DNA of 64,000 nucleotides from Candidatus Aquitaenariimonas noxiae (GTDB lineage Bacteria; Omnitrophota; Gorgyraeia; Aquitaenariimonadales; Aquitaenariimonadaceae): NCBI GenBank assembly GCA_002780005.1, contig PEWV01000071.1, positions 69,754 to 133,753 of the forward strand, read 5' to 3'. Shown piece by piece: positions 9,993 to 18,598 of this stretch (position 1 is its first letter; each line of letters starts with the position of its first letter). The notes under the pieces were generated by a model. It saw only the letters and a program-made list of their open reading frames with translations, ran no database searches and was not told where the DNA came from. The position numbers and the translations under genes were made by a program.

Positions 9993-11251
9993 AGATCATA
10001 TTTTTAGACAGAGACGGGGTTATAAATAAAGATCTGAACTCTTACGTAACCGATTGGGACAAGTTCCAATTCTTAGAAGGCTCTTTGGAAGCCTTAAAAA
10101 GGTTATTCGACGCCGGCTACGAAATAGTTATCGCTTCGAATCAGGCCGGTGTTTCCAGAGGAGATTACACCGTAGAAGAATTAAATTATATAAACGAGAA
10201 TATGCTTCGCCAGATAGAGAAAACGGCCGGCAAAAGGCCTTCTGTCTATTATTGCATGCACACTGATGAGGATAATTGCGCCTGCCGCAAGCCTAAGCTT
10301 GGGCTTTTTAAGCAGGCCGAAGGTAAATTCGGAAAAATCGATTACAAAAACACCTACTTTATAGGCGACCAGGAACGAGATATGGAAACAGCCAAAAATT
10401 TAGGCGCAAGGTCCATATTTGTATTATCCGGAAAAAATGATCTAGAAAGCGTGAAAAGCTGGAGCTTTAAACCGGATTATATAAAAAATAGCTTTCTCGA
10501 CGCAGTAAATTTTATACTGGGCTATAAGAGTAGGGTAATAGTCGTAATGCCGGCCTATAACGCGGCAACTACCTTGTCAAAAACATATAACGATGTTCCG
10601 AAAGAATATGTTGATGAGATAATACTTGTCGATGACGCAAGCCAGGATGACACAGTCGAAGTGGCGAAAAAACTTAACCTGAAAGTCTTAAAGCATTCTA
10701 AGAATAAGGGCTACGGCGGAAATCAAAAAACCTGCTATACGGAAGCACTGAAAGAAGGGGCCGACATAGTTGTCCTGCTGCATCCTGATTATCAATATGA
10801 TCCCAGAATAATCCCTGATCTGATAAAACCTATAAAAGAAGGAAACGCCGATGTTGTTTTTGCTTCACGCATGCTGAAGAAGCCCGAAGTAAGAAAAATG
10901 CCGCTTTATAAGTATATTTCCAACAAAACCTTGACCTCTATGGAGAATTTAATACTTGGCACTAAATACTCCGAATTCCATACGGGCTATCGCGCATACA
11001 GCAGGAAGGCCCTCAAGTCTGTTTCGTTTACGTTAAATTCAAACAATTTTGTTTTCGACAATGAAATAATAGTCCAATTGCATAATAAAGGATTTCAAAT
11101 AAAAGAAATACCCGTTGAAACCAGGTATGGGAAAGACTATTCATCGGTAAGTTTCATGAAGAGCCTGCAATACGGTTTAAGTATTTTATGCGTCTTATTT
11201 AAGTACTTGCTCCATAAATATAGAATAAAACAATCAGAGCAGTTTAGGTAA
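9989..11251 (+). CDS. fusion: D,D-heptose 1,7-bisphosphate phosphatase (GmhB, HAD) + GT2 glycosyltransferase
   Basis: The N-terminus MKIIFLDRDGVINKD with CxC and the GDQERD motif is GmhB-like. The C-terminus VMPAYNAATTL...EIILVDDASQDDT is GT2 (DPM1-like). Confidence 0.8.
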   Translation: MKIIFLDRDGVINKDLNSYVTDWDKFQFLEGSLEALKRLFDAGYEIVIASNQAGVSRGDYTVEELNYINENMLRQIEKTAGKRPSVYYCMHTDEDNCACRKPKLGLFKQAEGKFGKIDYKNTYFIGDQERDMETAKNLGARSIFVLSGKNDLESVKSWSFKPDYIKNSFLDAVNFILGYKSRVIVVMPAYNAATTLSKTYNDVPKEYVDEIILVDDASQDDTVEVAKKLNLKVLKHSKNKGYGGNQKTCYTEALKEGADIVVLLHPDYQYDPRIIPDLIKPIKEGNADVVFASRMLKKPEVRKMPLYKYISNKTLTSMENLILGTKYSEFHTGYRAYSRKALKSVSFTLNSNNFVFDNEIIVQLHNKGFQIKEIPVETRYGKDYSSVSFMKSLQYGLSILCVLFKYLLHKYRIKQSEQFR

Positions 11252-11252
11252 A

Positions 11253-12206
11253 ATGGCCTGCATGCTTTGCGGTTATGAAAAATCGGAAAAACTTTTTAAT
11301 GTAAAGGATGCTGATTTCTCAAGCAAGGAATACGCTCTGGTTAAATGTAATAACTGCGACCTTATTTCTATAGAACCAAAACTAGATCCTGAGGAAATAA
11401 GGAAATACTACGAATCGTCATACCAGGATGAAAGCGGAGCAAAATTTAAATCAGTTTACGAGGCCATGGAGGGGGCTTTTAAGGCCTCGCGCGCGAAATA
11501 CATAATGAAATTTAAAAAAGAAGGCGTCATCCTCGATGTCGGTTGCGGAAGGGGAGAGGTCATAGGTAAACTGGCTGAACTGGGCTGGGAGGCGCACGGC
11601 TGCGAATTAAGCGAAAAAATCGCGCTTAAAGCGCGGCAAAACAAAAAATTAAAAATATATACCGAGTGCTTTGAAGATGTAAAATTTAAACCCGAATATT
11701 TCGACGCAATCACGCTCTGGCATGTGTTAGAGCATGTGCACGACCCTAAAACCTACATAAAGCGCATATATGATATATTAAAAAAAGATGGTGTGTTGAT
11801 ATTAGAGGTCCCGAATATCTCGAGCTGGCAAGCCAGGCTATTTCAAGCAAACTGGTTCCATCTGGATGCGCCAAGGCATTATTACCACTTTTCATCAAAA
11901 ACTTTGAAACGCCTATTGATGGATACCGGTTTTAACGTTAAAAATATGAATTCTTTTTCTTTCGAGTACGGGCCATTTTCGGTTTTGCAGAGCTTGCTCA
12001 ACAGTATGGGGTTTACCCATGATCTGCTTTACGGCATGCTCATGAAAAGCTCTCCTATTTTAAAACAAAAAAAGCTAGCGATTGAAAAATTACTTACCGT
12101 TTTATTGATCCCCTTCTTATCTGTAATAAGTTTGGTATTCGCGTATTTTGAGGCGTTGTTCAAGGGCGGCGCGGTCATAAGAGTTGCTGCAGAGAAAAAA
12201 ATATGA
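11253..12206 (+). CDS. class I SAM-dependent methyltransferase with N-terminal Cys4 zinc ribbon
   Basis: C-x2-C...C-x2-C at the N-terminus. ILDVGCGRGEV...ELSEKIA is SAM motif I/II (Methyltransf_23-like). Confidence 0.75.
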   Translation: MACMLCGYEKSEKLFNVKDADFSSKEYALVKCNNCDLISIEPKLDPEEIRKYYESSYQDESGAKFKSVYEAMEGAFKASRAKYIMKFKKEGVILDVGCGRGEVIGKLAELGWEAHGCELSEKIALKARQNKKLKIYTECFEDVKFKPEYFDAITLWHVLEHVHDPKTYIKRIYDILKKDGVLILEVPNISSWQARLFQANWFHLDAPRHYYHFSSKTLKRLLMDTGFNVKNMNSFSFEYGPFSVLQSLLNSMGFTHDLLYGMLMKSSPILKQKKLAIEKLLTVLLIPFLSVISLVFAYFEALFKGGAVIRVAAEKKI

Positions 12207-14263
12207 TCCTACTATTGTTGATAAATCTTCTTTTGGGTGTGACAGTAACGATATGGGTAGCGGGATTATTTCATCCAAAAACCATCAGCGGCTTCCTTCT
12301 GTCATGGTGCACGTTATTTACATCGCTGATCTTCATAACAGAGATATTATTGGGGCTTGTAGGCGCGCTTGGTTTTTATAATCTACTAGCCGTTCACGCC
12401 GCGCTTTTTTTATTATCGATAGTTTATGCCCGGCGCAAGAGAGCGCGATTGTCTTATGCTAACATCTCAAAGATAGATCTTGGCGGCTTTATAAAGGACA
12501 AGCCCCTATTGCTCATCTCTTCGCTCCTTATCGGATTTATCTTAGTCAAATCTTTTCTCGTTTTACAAAGGCCACCGTTCGGCTGGGACCCGTTGATAGA
12601 CCACTTGGCGTTCCCGTCTTATTGGATACATAAAAAAACTATTATAAATCCAATGGTTGTTTTCGGCGAGCCGGCTCCGAGTTATTACCCTATAAGTAGC
12701 GAGCTTTTTTACCTTTGGTTCATGCTTCCGCTCTCGAGCTCTTTTATCGCCGATTTGGGCCAGGTCTTTTTCTTCATACTCGCAGGGTTAGCCGCGTACG
12801 GGATCTGCAAAAGATTGAATATGAGCAATACTGTATCTCTTTGCGCCGGGATTGTTTTTATGTTTATGCCGAGCATGTTTCGGCAGATATCAATGCCCAT
12901 GAACGATGTTATGATGCCGGCGTATTTTCTTACAGCGGTCTATTTCATATTGGCTTTGCGGGGCGACACGAATATAAAAAACCTTATCTTGTGCGGGCTT
13001 GCCAGCGGAGTTTTCTTCGGGATAAAAACCTCATCGATTTTTTATATCGCCTTCCTCGTTTTGTTTTTGCCCATAGTCTTGCGCGGGAGATTACCTTTTA
13101 AAAAAATAGTTTGGTATGTGGTTTTATTTTTCATTCTTGTCATCGCGATAGGGGGGTACAAATATATTCAAAATTTTATTTTGGCAGGAAACCCTTTATA
13201 TCCGGCCAAAGTCAAACTTTTCGGAACCGCGATTTTTAAGGGCGTCGAAGATTTTTCCGGAGATGTTTTTAAGCTGAAAAATGACGTTGATTTTGAGAAT
13301 TACCTGTTTCATCAGCAGCTCGGCGTACAACTTGTCTTGTTTACGGTTATAGGCACTTTCTTTTCGCTACCTCTTTATATATTAAAAAACAGGCAAAGGG
13401 CTATAGACGCGGGCGTTTGCTATTTGCTCGTATTGCCGCTTTTGATCTTTTTGACGTTCTATTTCGCGATACCGTTCAGGTGCCCCAGGTATTTATTCAT
13501 TTTCATAGCTTTAGGATGCATTTCTTTTTTTTATATCCTCAATACGCTTAAGGTGTCTGCCAAATTAATAAAAATAGTAGCTCTAATATCTGTTTTGATC
13601 TCGATCGCTGAAATTTCAAAATATGGCGAACTAATATCAAGCTTATCGCTATCTTTACTTTTATTTCTCGGTCTTTACTATAAGCGCGGCGAGCTTGCAA
13701 GGGTAATCAAAAACGCAAAAACGGTTATAATTATTTTTGTCACCTTTTTCATTTCTCTTCTTTTTATCGAGCAGGACTATATTAAGAATTCTTACGACCG
13801 TTATATAATCGGGTATCATTGGGAGAAACTAGGCATCGAGGGCTGGAAATGGATAAATGATAATACTAACGGCAACAGAATCGCATATACCGGCATCGGC
13901 GCATTTTACCCTTTATATGGCGTTAAGTTAAAAAACACGGTCGAATATATTTCGATTAATGATAAAAAACCTTATTTGCATTCTTATGCGGATGGTTCGT
14001 ATTTATTTGACGGCGATTCGCAGAAATTTTTTAAAAGCCTCCAAGAGGAAGGCAACTACAGGGAAAACCCTGATTATGTTTCCTGGTATAAAAATCTTAA
14101 AGAGAATAAAATCGAATACCTGTACGTTTCGGATCTGTATTTCTCAAAGAAATTCCCGATAGAAGACGAGTGGGCTAATTCCCATAGCGATATATTTAAA
14201 CTGGTCTTTTCAAATCCACAAGTTCATATTTACGAGGTGCATTATGGAAACGAAAAAAGATAA
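12203..14263 (+). CDS. very large polytopic membrane protein (686 aa), possible GT-C glycosyltransferase / glycan polymerase
   Basis: It has about 14 hydrophobic helices and a C-terminal soluble domain, sits in the glycan locus, and is coupled to its neighbours. Confidence 0.4.
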   Translation: MILLLLINLLLGVTVTIWVAGLFHPKTISGFLLSWCTLFTSLIFITEILLGLVGALGFYNLLAVHAALFLLSIVYARRKRARLSYANISKIDLGGFIKDKPLLLISSLLIGFILVKSFLVLQRPPFGWDPLIDHLAFPSYWIHKKTIINPMVVFGEPAPSYYPISSELFYLWFMLPLSSSFIADLGQVFFFILAGLAAYGICKRLNMSNTVSLCAGIVFMFMPSMFRQISMPMNDVMMPAYFLTAVYFILALRGDTNIKNLILCGLASGVFFGIKTSSIFYIAFLVLFLPIVLRGRLPFKKIVWYVVLFFILVIAIGGYKYIQNFILAGNPLYPAKVKLFGTAIFKGVEDFSGDVFKLKNDVDFENYLFHQQLGVQLVLFTVIGTFFSLPLYILKNRQRAIDAGVCYLLVLPLLIFLTFYFAIPFRCPRYLFIFIALGCISFFYILNTLKVSAKLIKIVALISVLISIAEISKYGELISSLSLSLLLFLGLYYKRGELARVIKNAKTVIIIFVTFFISLLFIEQDYIKNSYDRYIIGYHWEKLGIEGWKWINDNTNGNRIAYTGIGAFYPLYGVKLKNTVEYISINDKKPYLHSYADGSYLFDGDSQKFFKSLQEEGNYRENPDYVSWYKNLKENKIEYLYVSDLYFSKKFPIEDEWANSHSDIFKLVFSNPQVHIYEVHYGNEKR

Positions 14264-15374
14264 AAAAATTCTTATTTGCTACGCAACGGCCGGCATAGGA
14301 CATATGAAGGCCGCATTGGCAGTGGAGGATGCGCTTGTATATAAAGGTAATAAGTCATATGAAATTATAGACATTCTGGACTATTCAAACGCATTTTTAA
14401 AGTGGCTATACCGGCGGTTCTATATAATTTTAGTGCAGTACACGCCGTCCCTGTGGGCTTTGGTTTATTACACGCTTGATATACCATGGATTTATAATCT
14501 AACCAAAGGCCTGCGGACGCTGACTGACACATTAAACGCTAAAAAATTCATCGATTATATATGCGCCTCAAGGCCGGACATAATAATATCTACGCACTTT
14601 TTTTCGAGCGAAGTCGTTTCGTTTTTGAAACGCAAAAATATAGCGCGCCCTTATCTCGTGTCGGTCATAACCGATTTTAAGCTTCATACATATTGGGTTT
14701 CAAAAGAAATAGATTTATTTGTAGTGGGGAACGACGCATTGAAAGAACATTTAAAACGGTTCGGGATAGACGAAGAAAAAATAAAAGTGCTGGGAATCCC
14801 TATCGAATTAAGGTTTTACCAACAGCTCGATAAAGATATCTTATACCAGAAGCTTGGCATTAAAAAGGGCCTGTTCACGATACTTATAGCGAGCGGCGGT
14901 TTTGGCGTAGGGCCTGTTAAAAAAATAATAGAGCAATTTTCGAAAGCGAACATCGATGTTCAGATAATGGTGGTATGCGGAAAGAATAAGGTGCTATTTG
15001 AGGATATTAAAAAATTGCAAAACCTTTCTAAGATACCTATAAAAGTATACGGCTTTGTCGACAACATGCACGAACTGATGGAGGTTGCCGATTTGTTGAT
15101 CAGCAAATCGGGCGGCATGACGGCTTCTGAGGCTATTGCAAAAGGATTGCCGATGATCGCGGTTTTGCCTATTCCGGGGCAAGAGATGAGAAATTGCCAG
15201 TTTTTAATTGAGAATAGGGTTGCGATAAGGGAAGATAATCCCTATAATATTACAAAAAAAGTGGCATGGCTGTTCAATAATAAGGAAGAACTCAATATTA
15301 TGAAGAAAAAAACTTTAACCATTAAAAAACCTAACCCAGCATTGAGCCTGGCGGAGATTATAGAGAAAATATGA
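14244..15374 (+). CDS. GT28 glycosyltransferase, MGDG-synthase / UgtP-like
   Basis: The N-terminus KILICYATAGIGHMKAALAVEDAL resembles the MGDG_synth GGGH region. There is a C-terminal GT-B domain. Confidence 0.75.
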   Translation: METKKDKKILICYATAGIGHMKAALAVEDALVYKGNKSYEIIDILDYSNAFLKWLYRRFYIILVQYTPSLWALVYYTLDIPWIYNLTKGLRTLTDTLNAKKFIDYICASRPDIIISTHFFSSEVVSFLKRKNIARPYLVSVITDFKLHTYWVSKEIDLFVVGNDALKEHLKRFGIDEEKIKVLGIPIELRFYQQLDKDILYQKLGIKKGLFTILIASGGFGVGPVKKIIEQFSKANIDVQIMVVCGKNKVLFEDIKKLQNLSKIPIKVYGFVDNMHELMEVADLLISKSGGMTASEAIAKGLPMIAVLPIPGQEMRNCQFLIENRVAIREDNPYNITKKVAWLFNNKEELNIMKKKTLTIKKPNPALSLAEIIEKI

Positions 15375-15479
15375 TTCCCGTTAGAACTCTTAATAAAACG
15401 GTTCCAATGGGTCAAAGTAACGAAAAAATGGTAATAAAACATTTAAGAATAAATAAACGTAATTTGGAGTTCTAACGGG

Positions 15480-17225
15480 ATGAATATTTTAGGAATATCT
15501 GCATTTTACCACGATAGCGCAGCCTGCTTAGTTAAAAACGGCGAAATTATAGCTGCCGCCCAAGAAGAGCGCTTTACCCGGAAAAAGCACGATTTTAACT
15601 TTCCCAATAATGCAATAGCTTATTGCCTCAAAGAAGCCGGGATAGACTTGGGCGGCATAGACTACGCAGCGTTTTATGAGAAGCCCTTCATAAAATTTGA
15701 ACGCATACTTGATACTTATGTTGCATTTGCACCTTTTGGAATAAAATCATATCTAAAGGCAATGCCTTTATGGATAAAACAGCGCCTCTGGATGAAAAAC
15801 CTTATCCAGAAAGAATTAAAAACAAACGCAAAAATACTCTTTTCGGAACATCACATGTCCCATGCCGCCTCAGCTTTTTACCCGTCGTCTTTTGATAACG
15901 CAGCTATCTTAACTATTGACGGGGTGGGGGAGTGGGACACGGCAACTTGCGGCATGGGAAAAAATAATGAGATCGAGTTGCTTGAGGAATTGAGTTTTCC
16001 GCACTCGCTAGGTTTGTTATATTCCGCATTTACCTATTATGTGGGATTTAAAGTCAATTCCGGCGAATATAAACTGATGGGCCTTGCCCCATATGGCGAA
16101 CCGAAATATGTAAACGCTATTTTAAATAATCTGCTCGATCTCAAGGAAGACGGCTCATTCCGGTTGAATATGAAATATTTTAACTATTGCACCGGTTTGC
16201 GAATGATAAATAAAAAATTCTGCGATCTCTTCGGCGCGCCTCCGAGAAAATCCGAAACTAAGATGCAGAAAATATATATGGATGTGGCGCGCTCGATCCA
16301 ATACGTAACGGAAGAGATCTTACTGCGCATGGCAAGGCATGTCCATCAGATCACAGGATCAGACAAGCTCTGTCTTGCAGGCGGCGTTGCGCTGAATTGC
16401 GTCGCGAACGGGAGAATTATACGAGAAACGCCATTTAAAGAAATATGGGTACAACCCGGGGCAGGTGACGCCGGAGGTGCCGTAGGGACGGCCCTGTATA
16501 CTTGGTATTACTACCTACAAAATAAAAGAACGCCGGACCCTCTTGATTCGCAAAAAGGTTCGTTTTTGGGTCCTGAATTTACAAATGATGAGATAAAAAA
16601 ATATCTAGATGAAAATAACATCCCATATAAAGAGTTAAAGAGCGATGAAATACCTAACACAACAGCGAAACTGTTAGAGGATGGCAATGTGGTGGGCTGG
16701 TTTCAGGGAAAAATGGAATTTGGGCCACGCGCCTTGGGTTCGCGCAGTATCTTAGGCGATCCTCGGGTGAAGGAAATGCAAACCACGATGAATTTAAAGA
16801 TAAAGTTCAGAGAATCCTTCAGGCCATTTGCCCCCAGCGTGTTAGAGGAAAGGGTTGGGGATTGCGTTGACTTGAAAGCGACGAGCCCATACATGTTATT
16901 AGTAGCACCTGTTACTCGGAAAGATATACCGGCCGTAACCCATGTGGATAATTCGGCAAGAGTTCAGACCGTTTCAAAAAAGACGAATCCTTTATTTTAT
17001 GACACGATAAGAGCGTTCTATGATAAAACAGGTTGCCCTTTGATCATAAATACCTCATTCAATATAAGAGGGGAACCGATAGTCTGCGCGCCCGAAGACG
17101 CTTTTAACTGTTTTATAAGCACTGGGATGGATTATTTGGTGATAGGAAACTTTTTACTGGATAAAAAAAGACAAAAAAAACAAGTGGATTTCACGAAATA
17201 CATGAATAAATTCGAGCCTGACTAA
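15480..17225 (+). CDS. carbamoyltransferase (NodU/CmcH family), second copy
   Basis: The N-terminus ILGISAFYHDSAACLVKNGEIIAAAQEERF and HHMSHAASAF match it. It is a paralogue of the 8283..9992 product. Confidence 0.85.
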   Translation: MNILGISAFYHDSAACLVKNGEIIAAAQEERFTRKKHDFNFPNNAIAYCLKEAGIDLGGIDYAAFYEKPFIKFERILDTYVAFAPFGIKSYLKAMPLWIKQRLWMKNLIQKELKTNAKILFSEHHMSHAASAFYPSSFDNAAILTIDGVGEWDTATCGMGKNNEIELLEELSFPHSLGLLYSAFTYYVGFKVNSGEYKLMGLAPYGEPKYVNAILNNLLDLKEDGSFRLNMKYFNYCTGLRMINKKFCDLFGAPPRKSETKMQKIYMDVARSIQYVTEEILLRMARHVHQITGSDKLCLAGGVALNCVANGRIIRETPFKEIWVQPGAGDAGGAVGTALYTWYYYLQNKRTPDPLDSQKGSFLGPEFTNDEIKKYLDENNIPYKELKSDEIPNTTAKLLEDGNVVGWFQGKMEFGPRALGSRSILGDPRVKEMQTTMNLKIKFRESFRPFAPSVLEERVGDCVDLKATSPYMLLVAPVTRKDIPAVTHVDNSARVQTVSKKTNPLFYDTIRAFYDKTGCPLIINTSFNIRGEPIVCAPEDAFNCFISTGMDYLVIGNFLLDKKRQKKQVDFTKYMNKFEPD

Positions 17226-17226
17226 A

Positions 17227-17634
17227 ATGCAAACAAAAGCAAATATCAAAAAAAGAGATTTAAGAATTTTTTCTTTCGCGTTAACTGTGATCCTGTCCCT
17301 ATTTTCGGTCAAGTTCTGCAAGGCGATGAACCTCCAGGCCGGCGGCGCCCTTCTTGCAATGGCCCTGGCAACGTTCTTTATCGGCCTATTCCTGCCTATC
17401 CTGATACTTCCGGTTTACAAGATATTATCCTTTATCGGAAAGATAATAGGCCATATCGTTACGGCGCTGCTGCTTGGCGTAATTTTTTATTGCGTTTTTA
17501 CACCCATTAGTGTAATATTAAGGCTAACAAAAAAAGATATTTTGAGATTGCGGTTTGAGAAAAACAAAACTTCATACTGGATAAGCCGAAAAAACAGGAC
17601 CTCGAAGCGCGAAAACCTAGAAAGGCAGTACTAA
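17227..17634 (+). CDS. SxtJ-family small membrane protein
   Basis: 135 aa, 3 TM, C-terminal FY.VFTPI...L.KKD.L...F....TSYW pattern. Its position immediately after a carbamoyltransferase matches the SxtI-SxtJ-SxtK arrangement. Confidence 0.6.
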   Translation: MQTKANIKKRDLRIFSFALTVILSLFSVKFCKAMNLQAGGALLAMALATFFIGLFLPILILPVYKILSFIGKIIGHIVTALLLGVIFYCVFTPISVILRLTKKDILRLRFEKNKTSYWISRKNRTSKRENLERQY

Positions 17635-17638
17635 GAGA

Positions 17639-17797
17639 ATGGGCAAGCTTGCGATATTGAAAGAATTATGGGATTTTCTAAAAATCAGGAAAAAATGGTG
17701 GCTAGCACCCATAATTATCGTATTGATATTGCTGGGCCTGTTAATAATATTTACTGAGAGTTCCGCAGTAGCTCCTTTCATATATACTCTTTTTTAG
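17639..17797 (+). CDS. DUF5989 (SxtK-like) small membrane protein, 52 aa, absent from ORF track
   Basis: Hand translation gives MGKLAILKELWDFLKIRKKWWLAPIIIVLILLGLLIIFTESSAVAPFIYTLF, which matches the DUF5989 pattern. The ATG lies 4 nt after the SxtJ stop. Confidence 0.6.
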   Translation: MGKLAILKELWDFLKIRKKWWLAPIIIVLILLGLLIIFTESSAVAPFIYTLF

Positions 17798-17902
17798 ACT
17801 ACAGTTAAGCCTCATCTATGGCAGCTGCTGGAAAGAATGGTATTTTTCTGACAGTTTAGTTGATATTGTAGTTTTGTAAAAAAAATTTACAAATGATCTA
17901 AA

Positions 17903-18598
17903 ATGACAGCTAAAAACAAAATTTCCAGCATATTAAAAGACTTAAAAAGGTATCTAGAATTTGAAAAAGAATCGGGAATTAACGATTTATATTTAGAAAA
18001 AGGTGGTATTATTTCTAAAAACGTTGATAAAGAAAAAAAATTAAAAAATCTGGCAATAAAAGTATCCGCTTGCAGCGGTTGCTCGCTAAGCGAAACTCGG
18101 AAAAACGTGGTCTTTGGCTCGGGAAACCCTAAAGCGCGGCTGGTTTTTGTGGGCGAGGCCCCGGGTTACGATGAAGACGTTCAGGGGCTGCCGTTCGTAG
18201 GCAGGGCAGGACAGCTTCTAACAAAAATAATAGAGTCCATTAAATATGACAGGAAAAATGTCTACATATGCAATATATTGAAATGCCGGCCTCCCCAAAA
18301 CCGATCACCGTTACCGAGCGAAATATTTGCCTGCCAGGAATACCTGATAGAGCAATTAAATATTATAAAACCCAAGCTTATATGCGCCCTTGGAAAATTT
18401 GCGGCTCAAACACTTTTAAAGACCGATACGCCCATTTCGCTCCTCAGGGGAAAGTTTTATGACTACCAGGGGATAAAGCTCATTCCGACATTCCACCCGG
18501 CATACCTCCTTAGAAACCCCAATGACAAAAGATTAGTCTGGGAAGACATGAAAAAAATAAAAAAGTTCTTAGAGGCGGAAAATGGCAAGCCCCGTTAG
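17903..18598 (+). CDS. uracil-DNA glycosylase, family 4
   Basis: GEAPGYDEDVQGLPFVGRAGQLL and HPAYLLRNP motifs. Confidence 0.85.
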   Translation: MTAKNKISSILKDLKRYLEFEKESGINDLYLEKGGIISKNVDKEKKLKNLAIKVSACSGCSLSETRKNVVFGSGNPKARLVFVGEAPGYDEDVQGLPFVGRAGQLLTKIIESIKYDRKNVYICNILKCRPPQNRSPLPSEIFACQEYLIEQLNIIKPKLICALGKFAAQTLLKTDTPISLLRGKFYDYQGIKLIPTFHPAYLLRNPNDKRLVWEDMKKIKKFLEAENGKPR

